Shown: positions 15,677 through 25,025 of the stretch, piece by piece
Numbering within the stretch: the stretch's first letter is position 1
Layout of the letters: each line of letters starts with the position of its first letter
NCBI GenBank assembly: GCA_963733035.1
Contig: CAVTBU010000006.1
Span: forward strand, 160,001 to 224,000
Source of the DNA: Pirellulales bacterium
GTDB lineage: Bacteria > Planctomycetota > Planctomycetia > Pirellulales > PALSA-1355
DNA length: 64,000 nucleotides
Direction of reading: 5' to 3'
Made by a program: the position numbers and the translations under genes
Notes under the pieces: generated by a model
What the model was told of the DNA's origin: nothing
Databases searched by the model: none
What the model saw: only the letters and a program-made list of their open reading frames with translations

Positions 15677-17062
15677 TCAAGGTTCGTCTGCGTTGCCGGC
15701 CAGTTTTTTGCGGAGCGTGGCCCGGTGAATGCCGAGCATGTCGGCCGCCGCGGCCCGATTGCCCGAGGTGCGGGCGAGCACGGTTTCGAACAGCGACGGC
15801 TCGACGCTGGTGAGAAACGCCTGATAAATCCGGCCAGCCGTGGAACCTTCGGTCAATTGCTGGCGTGCCCAAGTACGTACGGCATCGTGCAGCTCGACGC
15901 ATGGCGAAGGCTCGGGCTGCGTCGGCAGCGCCGGCGGCAGATGCTCGACATTGATCGCTCCGCCGCGGGCCAACAGCCTGCCGTGTTCGACGGCGTGCCG
16001 CAACTGGCGGACGTTCCCAGGCCAGGGGCGTCGGCAGAGTTCCTTCATCGCCTCGGAAGTGAAGTCGGGCGTTACTTGTGAATCTCGTGCGCGACGCAAG
16101 AACGCATTCGCGAGGAGCGGAATATCCTCGACGCGCTGCCTCAGCGGCGGCAGTTGGATTTCAAACGCCGCCAGGCGGAAGTACAAGTCGCGGCGAATTG
16201 TCCCATCGCCGTCGGAGTGCAGCTGACGGTTGGTAGCCGCGATCACACGAAACGACGTTGCGCGAGCCCGGGCACTGCCGACGGGCGTAACTTCATGTTG
16301 TTCGAGTACCCGCAAGAGTTTCACTTGCACGGCCGGTGGAATGTCGCCAGCCTCATCGAAGAACACAGTGGCTTCGTTGGCCAACTCCAACAGGCCCTGC
16401 CGCGCTTCCTCGGCGCCGGTAAACGCGCCGCGGACGTGACCAAACAATTCACTTTCGACGAGCGTGGGACTGAGCGATGCCAGATGGATGGGGACAAATG
16501 GTCGGCCGGCGCAACGAATGTCGATGAATAGCGCGGGCGACCAGTTCCTTGCCGGTACCGCTTTCGCCGACGATCAGTACCGAGGCGTCGGAGGGCGCGA
16601 CCAGCGCGATCCGCTTGAAGACTTCTTGCATGGCGGGACTCTTGCCCAGCAGTTCCTCGTGCGCGGGCGACGTTTCTTCCGTCCGGTGCTGCGGGGGCGT
16701 TTTTCCCTGCGCAAGGCGCGATCGATCACGCCAGCCGCCTGCTCGAGATCGAACGGCTTGGAGAGGTAGTCGAACGCACCGTTGCGCATGGCCGTCACCG
16801 CCACGTCCAGGTTGCCGAATGCGGTGATCACGACAATCGGCACTGGCCCGGCCCGCCGTTGCAAGTGGTCCATCGCCGTCAAGCCATCCATGCCAGGCAA
16901 ACGTACGTCGAGCACGATCAGGTCGGGCGATTTTCGCTCGGCTGTCTCGATCGCTGCCTCGGCGCTCGAGGCGAGGCTCACCTCGTGACCCGTCTCGGTC
17001 AGCAGGCGCTCAAGTCCCCAGCAGATGCTTTCTTCGTCATCGACGATTAACACATGACTCAT
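15677..17062 (-). CDS. Sigma54-dependent NtrC-like response regulator (frameshifts at ~16700 and ~16508)
   Basis: Receiver ([18 protein letters not shown]), Walker [32 protein letters not shown] and Fis HTH, spread over three frames. Confidence 0.92.
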
Positions 17063-18495
17063 GGCTGCTTCTCGTATGCCTGCTCTGAAATGTCCGCGCC
17101 GCTTGTGAAGGAGTTGTCAGGTGTGGCATTCAATCGGGGGCTGTCCACGCCGGCCGGCAGTGTCAACTCAAAACATGTTGCCCCTTGTCGAATGTAACGA
17201 ATCGTACCGCCGTGCGCCTCGGCAATCTGGCGGACGACCGTCAGCCCGAGCCCGATGCCCTCGGGTTTGCCGGTCACGAACGGTTCGAAAAGCTTGCCAG
17301 CGACGTGTTGCTCGGGACCCGGACCGCTATCGAACACGCGCATGATGACCGAGCCATTGCTGCGCGCGGTCTCGACGCGAACCCAGCCGCCGGGCCCAGC
17401 CGCCTCGATGCCGTTGAGCACCAGGTTCATGAGCAATTGCCGCAGCAGTTCGGCGTCGGCGGAAAGGGCATGCCGCGCATCGTCCGCGCTCGGAAGTTGA
17501 AGGTCGACGTTGCGGTGTTTGCAAGCCGGTGTCACGAGGCCCTCGACGTCGGTGATGATCCCGGCGAGATCGCAAGGCGCCCGGCGCGGCGCGGTAGGTT
17601 GCCCGGCAGTTAGAAATCGTTGCAAGTGTGCTTCGGTCATGGACAATTGTCGTAGCGCGACCTGCAAGCTATCGTCATCCGCTGCCTGGCATCGTCGCCG
17701 GTGCAATTGCATGGCGATCCGCGCGCCGGTGACCGTGTTGCGCAATTGATGGGCAAGTCCGCCGCTGAGTTGTCCCAACAGAGACAATCGTTCGGAGCGT
17801 TTGATTACGCGGCGTAGTTCGGAAAGTTGATCGCCGAGGGAATTGACCGATCCGATCAGATCGCGCAGTTCGTCGTTCCGCTGCGGCAGGGGCAGTGGTT
17901 GAAAGTCGCCCTGGACGAGCCGGCCTAGTTGCCGCCGCAACTCGAGGATCGGTCGGCTCAACCTGCCGGCGATCGCGAATGCCAGCCCGCCCACGACCAG
18001 CAGCAACCCGCCGCCCACGACGAGCGGCGGGTAGGCGGCTTCCCAGCGTGCCAGGCGTAAGTTGTCCTGCGGATAGAAGATGTGCAGCAACAGGGTCTCG
18101 GTGGTCGTGCCGCGTGGCGCGATCTCCACCGTGGAATGCAGATATTCACGGTTCGCCAAGCGGACGGGTTGGCCAAGGTGAAATCCTTTGCCGCCATTTG
18201 CGGGGGGGATCGCCCGATCGCTGACGCCCGACAAGCTAGCAGCGCGAAGCTTTCCGTTCGTGTCGGTAAGGAGAAACTCAGCCCCGGAGAGACCCCGGGT
18301 TTGCTTGAGCACCGAATCGGTGAGCGGGAAAGTGGCTTCCTGAAGCGTGTGGGCCACTTCGCGCAATTGGTGTTCGATTTGCCGTTGACTGCGCCGGGCC
18401 GCCAGCACGGCATCGATCAGACTCACTCCCGCCACCACAGCCAGCATCACGCCGGCAAAAGGGAACAGGATTTGGTAGCGCAACGGCCAACGCAT
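17059..18495 (-). CDS. Membrane sensor histidine kinase (HAMP, HisKA, HATPase)
   Basis: Two TM segments, H-box GLAHQLRN, NLVLNGIEA, DSGPG, GIGLGL; overlaps the start of the regulator. Confidence 0.93.
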   Translation of the reverse strand: MRWPLRYQILFPFAGVMLAVVAGVSLIDAVLAARRSQRQIEHQLREVAHTLQEATFPLTDSVLKQTRGLSGAEFLLTDTNGKLRAASLSGVSDRAIPPANGGKGFHLGQPVRLANREYLHSTVEIAPRGTTTETLLLHIFYPQDNLRLARWEAAYPPLVVGGGLLLVVGGLAFAIAGRLSRPILELRRQLGRLVQGDFQPLPLPQRNDELRDLIGSVNSLGDQLSELRRVIKRSERLSLLGQLSGGLAHQLRNTVTGARIAMQLHRRRCQAADDDSLQVALRQLSMTEAHLQRFLTAGQPTAPRRAPCDLAGIITDVEGLVTPACKHRNVDLQLPSADDARHALSADAELLRQLLMNLVLNGIEAAGPGGWVRVETARSNGSVIMRVFDSGPGPEQHVAGKLFEPFVTGKPEGIGLGLTVVRQIAEAHGGTIRYIRQGATCFELTLPAGVDSPRLNATPDNSFTSGADISEQAYEKQP

Positions 18496-18917
18496 AGGCA
18501 CGTCCAATCGAGGGTGAAAAGTCGACGCGTATCACCCATCTTAGGGTGCGGCACGACACGCTTCAATCGAGCACAGCGGCCCCTGTGAACGTAGCCACCG
18601 GGGCCGATTGGGTCCGGCCAGATCGATAAAGTCTTGCCAAGCTGCCGGCTTGCGACTCCATTTTGGCCAATGCATGCATCGGCCGCGTCTCGGGGCAACG
18701 CTTCCTTGAAAACAAACTTCCACTCGATCGCCTCGGCATACCGATCCTAGGGAAGTGGAAGGTCATGGGGTCATGTTGCGCCGGGCGGTTCCGGACCAGT
18801 TTTATCCCCGCGGTTGCAGGTTTGTTCGGGGCGACAACAGGCGGGCGGTTTTCAGGCCGGCAGGGGCTCAAAAGGATGTGAGCCTTTCGAGGGCTGCCCG
18901 CGAAAGGAGTGCGGCGC

Positions 18918-21485
18918 ATGAGGAAGAAGCGAAAAAAGAGTCCGATCTGGCCCTATTTGGGCATCCTGGCGTGCCTGTTTCTGCTGAGCTTGACGGCGCC
19001 TCGGGCCTGGGATCGCCATGCCCGTCGCGAGCTGCCAGCCAGGACGGTTTGCGAAACGCCGCGTACGGCACCGATCGTCAATCGCGTGCCACGATTGCCT
19101 GCCGCGCCGGTGGTTCTTGAGTGTGAGGATGAATCGGAACTGACGCCGCGAGCGCCCGAATTCGATTTTGGCGGACCGCTCGAATCGCCGCCGTCCAAAT
19201 CGGAACCATCCGCCTCAATCGTGCCGCCGGCGCCGCAGTATGCCGAGGAAGTGCGCGAGGAGGCGGAAGTTGCCCGACTGCCGACGATGCTTGAATTGCC
19301 GCGGACCAAACCAACTGCCGAAGAGGCAGCCCCGGAACCGCCGCTACCTGCAGCCGAACCGACGTTGTCGCTTGACGAGCCTGAACAGCCGCGGCCGGAA
19401 TCACCGATTCAACCGAACACCGACCCGGATCCCCAAGAATCGACCGAGGCACACGAGCCAGCGCCGCCTGCGATTGTAAACGTTTGGCCTTTGCCGCGAA
19501 CGCTGCTCGAACAACTGACGAATCTCGTGCACGAGGACTCTCAACTCGTGTGGTCGCGTCTCGCGATACAGCGCGTGCACGAGCTGTGCCGCGACAGCAA
19601 TCCGCAAAGCCAGCGCGCGACGCTTGCCGAACTTCGCGCGGTGGTTGTCCACGATGCCCAGGTTCCGGCTGCCGATCCGGCGCTCCAACCGCAACTTGCT
19701 CGCGCCCGCTACGCCCTGACACGATGGCTCGACGTCTGGGATGCGGCGGTCGAACTTGACCCCTTGCCGCTGGACGTGCGGTCGGGGGCGACGTCAGCGG
19801 CGAAGGTGCGGGCTTGTCTGGACGATTTCGAAGCGATCGCCCGGCGGAATCCGGCTGGTCGCGTCTGGCGTGAGTACCTGAAATTAGACGAACTGCGCGG
19901 CGCCCTGGCGGATGATGCCAGCGAAGTGGAACGTCGTCAGGCGGCACGCGCGGTGCTCGATCGCCTGACGTCGCCGAAGCTATCACCCGCCCAACGGGAG
20001 TTTGTCAAACGGGGGTCGCTGGCAGCACTGCGCGATGCGTTGCGGTCGTGGGCCGTCGAACCGGTAGCAGTTGGCCAGGTGCTAGCGCATCTCGAACAGT
20101 TTGAATACAGCGGGCTTGGCAGCGACGCTCAGATGGTGGCCGAGGATTACCGCAATCTCGCTTGGTCGCCCGCGGAAGAGGCGAAATCGCTCGGGCAGCA
20201 TTTAGACACGCACTTTCGAAACGCCAATCTGCGCGTGGCCGTGAGCGGCGAACTGGCCAATCGGCTGGTTCCCCAACCAGAGCGAATTGACGCGCCCGTC
20301 CGCGACACCGTGGTGAATGTGCCCGTCCGGGGGTACAGCAGTACGTTCACGAAACTTTCGGTCCTATTTGTGCCAGACAACAAGCGGATTCGTATCGGGC
20401 TGGAAGCCCACGGCGTCGTCGATGCCAATACGATTTCGGATGCCGGTCCGGCGACCTTCCGCAACCGGGGGCAATCGACGTTCCTGGTGCGCAAGCTATT
20501 CGTACTCGGCCCACGTGGTCTGCATGTGTGGCCGGCGATTGCCGAGGCGGAGAACAACTTCAACTACCTGGTCTCGCTCGAAACCGACTACGACGGCGTG
20601 CCGTTGGTGGGTTCGCTGGTGCGAAATATCGCCCGCAGCCAGCACGATGAAATGCGTCAGCAGGCTCGCCGCCAGACCGAACAGAAAGTGGCCGTGCGGG
20701 CGCTTCATCAGCTCGATTCGGAAGTCGACACGCGGCTAGCTGAGGCCGAGCGGAAGATGCAGGAGAGTCAAGGTGCCACGCTCAGGCGTATGGGTCTGGA
20801 ACTGGTGCCCATCTCGCTGGCCACGACCGAAGAGCGCGTGGTCGCGCGAGTTCGCGTGGCAAGCGGCGAGCAGTTGGGGGCCCATACGCCTCGGCCGCGT
20901 GCCCCGTCCGATAGCTGGTTCAGCCTGCAAGTGCATCAATCGGCACTCAACAACGCCTTGGAGAACTTGGACCTCGAGGGGCGAACGTTTGAACTCTCGG
21001 AGCTGTTTACCTGGGTCGCTGACAAGCTGGGTCGACCGGAGCTGGCCGAGCAAGAGGAACTGCCCGAGGACGTGCGAATCACGTTTGCCGACCACGACGC
21101 CGTTCGGCTGAAATGCGTGGAAGATCGGCTCGAGGTCACTTTCTCACTGGCGGAGCTAAAGCACGCGGGAAGCCGCTGGCATGACTTTCAGGTTCGCACC
21201 CACTACGCTCCCGAGGCCGACGGCCTGTCGCCGCGCTTCACGCGCATCGACACGATTCATCTGGCTGGCGAGAGCCTGCGCGGCAAAATCGAGTTCAAGT
21301 TGCGGGCGATCTTTTCAAAAGTACTGTCGAAGAACCGCGACTTGCGACTGTTGGCCGATTCGGTGACGGGCGATCCTCGGTTCAAGGAGCTGCAGGTGAC
21401 GCAGTTTAAGCTCGAGGACGGCTGGGTCGCACTGGCGTATAGCCCCCGTCGCGTGTCGAGCAATGTGGCGCGGCGACCCAAGTAG
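18918..21485 (+). CDS. Large exported/membrane-anchored hypothetical protein
   Basis: Basic N-terminus plus hydrophobic segment, Pro/Glu-rich linker, helical middle, beta-rich C-terminal half; AAGGAG RBS before ATG 18918. Confidence 0.85.
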   Translation: MRKKRKKSPIWPYLGILACLFLLSLTAPRAWDRHARRELPARTVCETPRTAPIVNRVPRLPAAPVVLECEDESELTPRAPEFDFGGPLESPPSKSEPSASIVPPAPQYAEEVREEAEVARLPTMLELPRTKPTAEEAAPEPPLPAAEPTLSLDEPEQPRPESPIQPNTDPDPQESTEAHEPAPPAIVNVWPLPRTLLEQLTNLVHEDSQLVWSRLAIQRVHELCRDSNPQSQRATLAELRAVVVHDAQVPAADPALQPQLARARYALTRWLDVWDAAVELDPLPLDVRSGATSAAKVRACLDDFEAIARRNPAGRVWREYLKLDELRGALADDASEVERRQAARAVLDRLTSPKLSPAQREFVKRGSLAALRDALRSWAVEPVAVGQVLAHLEQFEYSGLGSDAQMVAEDYRNLAWSPAEEAKSLGQHLDTHFRNANLRVAVSGELANRLVPQPERIDAPVRDTVVNVPVRGYSSTFTKLSVLFVPDNKRIRIGLEAHGVVDANTISDAGPATFRNRGQSTFLVRKLFVLGPRGLHVWPAIAEAENNFNYLVSLETDYDGVPLVGSLVRNIARSQHDEMRQQARRQTEQKVAVRALHQLDSEVDTRLAEAERKMQESQGATLRRMGLELVPISLATTEERVVARVRVASGEQLGAHTPRPRAPSDSWFSLQVHQSALNNALENLDLEGRTFELSELFTWVADKLGRPELAEQEELPEDVRITFADHDAVRLKCVEDRLEVTFSLAELKHAGSRWHDFQVRTHYAPEADGLSPRFTRIDTIHLAGESLRGKIEFKLRAIFSKVLSKNRDLRLLADSVTGDPRFKELQVTQFKLEDGWVALAYSPRRVSSNVARRPK

Positions 21486-21764
21486 GCGAACGCCGCATCC
21501 CATTGCCGCCATGTCGGCTGTCGACGCGCGAGCAGGCCGGAGCCCTTCTTTTTCGGCGAGGCGACCGCAGGTTGGATCCAAGCTGTAGGCCGCGCGCGAC
21601 TTGACGTGCTATCACGCACCCCGCTGTCCGCCTCGACGGGGTGGAAAACTTCGCATTCGGAGAAATCAACACAAGCGGAATCGGTGAGTTGGCCGATAAC
21701 GCCGATAAGCACGGTTTAGTACCGCTGTAGGGACGGCGGTAGAAATTCCTGCAAGCAAAGGAGT

Positions 21765-23066
21765 GTGGGCATGCTTCGCGCCACGAATTGGATCACCTCG
21801 TTGACGATCGGCCTTGCGGTGGCTTGTGAAGCATCGTTGCTCTTCGCGGCCGGCCAACCCCAGGAGCACGAGCCGACCCCTGCCGAAGCCAAGGCTTCGC
21901 GCCCGGTCGACTACGTCGCCGACCTGCCGGCGGATGACGAGTCACATACGGATGGTAGCTACAACTCGGACTTGTACGCCGCGCCGCAGCCGCTGGAAAC
22001 CGAGGCCGACGTTGCCCCTGGGGCCGGCGAGGGTGCCGTCGCCGACGACGAAATTGAAACGATCAAGGAACGCTTTCCCAACGGCTCGGTTCGCATCGAG
22101 CGACAGGTTACCCAGGACGCACTGGGCAACTATCTGAACCACGGCACCTGGAAGATGTGGGATGAGCGTGGCAACCTGCTCGCTCAGGGACAATACGAAT
22201 ACGGGAACCGCACCGGCGAGTGGATTCGCTGGTATCGCAGCCCATCGGAAGCCAGCATCCTGACGAAACCACCGTACGCGCAATTTGCCGGCCCGTTTAT
22301 CTCGCAGGCGACGTTCAAAAACGATCAACTCGACGGACACTGGACGATCTACGACGGCAAAACGCACAAGATCAGCCAGTGGACGTTCGAGGACGGCAAA
22401 CGCAACGGACCGTCGGTCTGGTGGTATGCCAACGGCAAGAAGATGCGCAAAGCGCAGTTCGTGAATGGTGACATGGATGGCGCGTACCTGGAATGGGCGC
22501 CGGACGGGTCTCTCAAGGTCAAGGAATCGTACGAATCCGGCCGCCGCTTGGCAATCAAAACCGCTTACCACAAAGGCAACGTGAAAAAGAGCGAAGGCAT
22601 GTACCTGTTTGCCAAGGACGTCGAACACGCTCCGGACGACTGGTGGAATTGCAAGCTCGTGACGACGGTCAAGACCGGCAAGGATGAGAAACACGGCGCC
22701 TGGACCAGTTGGTTTCCCAGCGGTCAGAAGCAACTCGAAGGTGCCTATGAACACGATCTGCAAGTCGGCAAGTTCACCTGGTGGCACTCGAACGGTCAGC
22801 GGGCGCTCGAGGGGAAATTCACTGCCGGCAAACAGGACGGCGAATGGACCTGGTGGCACGCGAACGGCCAGAAATCCATTCAGGGCGAATATGCTCACGG
22901 CAATCCGACCGGACGCTGGACCTGGTGGAAAGAGGACGGGCACGTCGTGCAGTCGGCCGACTTGTCGCAATCCGAGGGCGTCGTGATCGAAACGCCGCGG
23001 CAACTTGAAACGCCGCAAGTTCCTCGCCTCAGCACGCCGACCCGACGACAGCCGGTGAAACGCTAA
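21765..23066 (+). CDS. Secreted MORN-variant (YwqK-like) repeat protein
   Basis: Signal peptide; many repeats of the type GxWxWWHxNGQKxxEGxYxxG. Confidence 0.88.
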   Translation: MGMLRATNWITSLTIGLAVACEASLLFAAGQPQEHEPTPAEAKASRPVDYVADLPADDESHTDGSYNSDLYAAPQPLETEADVAPGAGEGAVADDEIETIKERFPNGSVRIERQVTQDALGNYLNHGTWKMWDERGNLLAQGQYEYGNRTGEWIRWYRSPSEASILTKPPYAQFAGPFISQATFKNDQLDGHWTIYDGKTHKISQWTFEDGKRNGPSVWWYANGKKMRKAQFVNGDMDGAYLEWAPDGSLKVKESYESGRRLAIKTAYHKGNVKKSEGMYLFAKDVEHAPDDWWNCKLVTTVKTGKDEKHGAWTSWFPSGQKQLEGAYEHDLQVGKFTWWHSNGQRALEGKFTAGKQDGEWTWWHANGQKSIQGEYAHGNPTGRWTWWKEDGHVVQSADLSQSEGVVIETPRQLETPQVPRLSTPTRRQPVKR

Positions 23067-23093
23067 CGGGCGCGATCGTCAAATTGACTTCAT

Positions 23094-23127
23094 CAGCAGC
23101 CTGGGAAATTCATTTCCCAGGCTGCTG
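23094..23127. terminator. Perfect 16-bp inverted repeat, likely terminator of the MORN gene
   Basis: CAGCAGCCTGGGAAAT-TC-ATTTCCCAGGCTGCTG followed by TCATTTT. Confidence 0.65.
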
Positions 23128-23192
23128 TCATTTTGGGGAGAAGTGGCGGAAAGCCTCGCAAAACACGGGATAATTGCGATGCGAAACCGCCC

Positions 23193-23221
23193 TTGACCCG
23201 GAAAAACGATTCCCCTATTCT
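23193..23221 (+). promoter_or_regulatory. Putative sigma70 promoter
   Basis: TTGACC-17 nt-TATTCT. Confidence 0.6.
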
Positions 23222-23226
23222 CCCGC

Positions 23227-23543
23227 CTCACGTCGGGGACATGACCGCGAGCCGCCGCAGGCTGAACGCCAAATGTGTCCGTCATGAATCGCGAACCAGA
23301 CAATCCATGTGGATGGGTCCGCACGGGAAACGACGCTCGACGGGGTGGCGTTTCTGCGGGCCGCGAAGCGGATTCCGTTGGCATGGATGCCGGCGGTTCG
23401 CTTCGAATACAGCGCGGCAAATGTCGCAAACCGAGGCCGTCCGCGAAGACCACGCGGTGGGCTGACTGCCGTCCAATCGCTCCCGGAAAAGGTTGCTGTC
23501 CTCTGCCCCCCTGGGACACAGCCTTTCCGGGGGCCTTTTTTTT
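23227..23543 (+). ncRNA. Candidate structured small RNA (~320 nt), family not recognised
   Basis: Own promoter upstream; consecutive long hairpins with G.U pairs on the + strand (about 23318-23360 and 23364-23405); terminal stem plus T8; no convincing ORF. Confidence 0.5.
23481..23543 (+). terminator. Rho-independent terminator with C-rich loop
   Basis: CCCGGAAAAGGTTG.TGTCC-(TCTGCCCCCCTG)-GGACA.CAGCCTTTCCGGG, then GGCC and TTTTTTTT. Confidence 0.75.
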
Positions 23544-23647
23544 GCGCTCAGCTAGCCTGCTGCATGGGGCGCATGCAAATCTCACCTTCGCGCGGAAGGT
23601 TCGGTTTGCACCGCCGCAGCCAACACCGTGGCTCGACCGACCGCAGT

Positions 23648-24904
23648 CTAACGGTGCAGAGCTTCGGGCTCGATGAAATGATCGACGCCGTCGGCCTTGG
23701 CAATGACGACGACTCCGCCGTCGCTGACGGTGAAGCCGCGGGCCCGGTCATGTTCGTGATCGAACCCGATTTCGGTGCCTGGGGGGATATGCACGTGCTT
23801 GTCGATGATGGCCCGCCGCACGCGGGCATGACGTCCGATGTCGACGCCATCGAGCAGAATTGAATCTTGCACGTGGGCAAAGCTGTTGACGCGAGTATTG
23901 GTCCCGAGCAGCGATCGTTCGACGGTGCCGCCGGAGATGATGGAACCCTGGCAGACGATGCTGTCGAGGGCCTGACCCCGGCGCGCGTTGAAGCCCTCCT
24001 CGGCAAACACCGACTTGGGCGGCGGAAAGTTCGGCAGGTAGGTACGGATCGGCCAATGCTCGTCGTACATATTAAGCTGGGGATCGACCGATACGAGGTC
24101 CATGTTGGCTTCGAAATAGGCATCGAGCGTGCCCACGTCGCGCCAATAGGCATCCTGTTTGCGGTTTTCGTCGCGGAACGGAAAGGCAAACACGCGGTGT
24201 GTACCGATGACGGCCGGAATGATGTTGTGGCCGAAATCGTGGCGGCTGCCGGGCCGCGTCGCATCCAGGCAGAGCTGCTCGAACAGGAATCGGGCCGTGA
24301 AAACGTAGATTCCCATCGAGGCGAAGATGTGATCTGGATCGCCTGGAATCGTCGCTGGTTCGGCCGGTTTTTCCTGAAAGCCGTGGATACGCTGATCGCT
24401 GTCGGTTTGAATGACGCCGAAATGGCGGGATTCGCTGGCCGGGGCGCGCAGGGCCCCGACCGTCAGATCGGCTGCGTTTTCTTTGTGGTATTCGACCAGT
24501 CGGCCGTAGTCCATTTTGTAAATGTGATCGCCGGCCAGGATGACGACGTATTCGGGACGCTCTTTCTCGAGCGTGTAGATATTCTGGTAGACGGCGTCAG
24601 CCGTGCCCTGGTACCAGTGCTCGTCGATGCGTTGCTGGGGGGGCACCACGTCGATCCATTCGCCCAGTTCGCGGCAGAGCAGCCTTTGCCAGCCGAGGTT
24701 GATGTGTCGGTCGAGGCTCATCGCCTTGTACTGCGTGAGCACCAACATCTTGCGGAGTCCGCTGTTGAGGCAGTTCGACAGCGTGAAGTCGATAATCCGG
24801 TACGCTCCGCCGAACGGCACGGCCGGCTTGGCCCGATCTCGCGTGAGGGGCTCCAGACGTTCTCCCTTGCCTCCCGCCAAGACCACTGCCAAGACGTTTT
24901 TCAT
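23648..24904 (-). CDS. glgC: Glucose-1-phosphate adenylyltransferase
   Basis: LAGGKGERLEPLTRDRAKPAVPFGG, WYQGTADAV, ASMGIYVF, YWRDVGT. Confidence 0.97.
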   Translation of the reverse strand: MKNVLAVVLAGGKGERLEPLTRDRAKPAVPFGGAYRIIDFTLSNCLNSGLRKMLVLTQYKAMSLDRHINLGWQRLLCRELGEWIDVVPPQQRIDEHWYQGTADAVYQNIYTLEKERPEYVVILAGDHIYKMDYGRLVEYHKENAADLTVGALRAPASESRHFGVIQTDSDQRIHGFQEKPAEPATIPGDPDHIFASMGIYVFTARFLFEQLCLDATRPGSRHDFGHNIIPAVIGTHRVFAFPFRDENRKQDAYWRDVGTLDAYFEANMDLVSVDPQLNMYDEHWPIRTYLPNFPPPKSVFAEEGFNARRGQALDSIVCQGSIISGGTVERSLLGTNTRVNSFAHVQDSILLDGVDIGRHARVRRAIIDKHVHIPPGTEIGFDHEHDRARGFTVSDGGVVVIAKADGVDHFIEPEALHR

Positions 24905-25025
24905 CCCGCTGCTCCTCGCAAAGGTGCTCGATGGATCTGCCGATGCGCCGATCGATGCATCTTATCCATTCGGCAAGGCCTACCCAAGAGCTTTGCCGTC
25001 GGACAGAGGGATCGCTCTTTCCCTG

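Noticed and set aside
18663..18680. Possible sigma54 promoter TGGCCAATGCATGCA next to the NtrC-like system
   Set aside because: GG to GC spacing is 9 nt, not the required 10.
21765..23066. YwqK-like 'antitoxin' implying a toxin-antitoxin or polymorphic toxin locus
   Set aside because: No adjacent toxin gene; it is a signal-peptide MORN-variant repeat protein.
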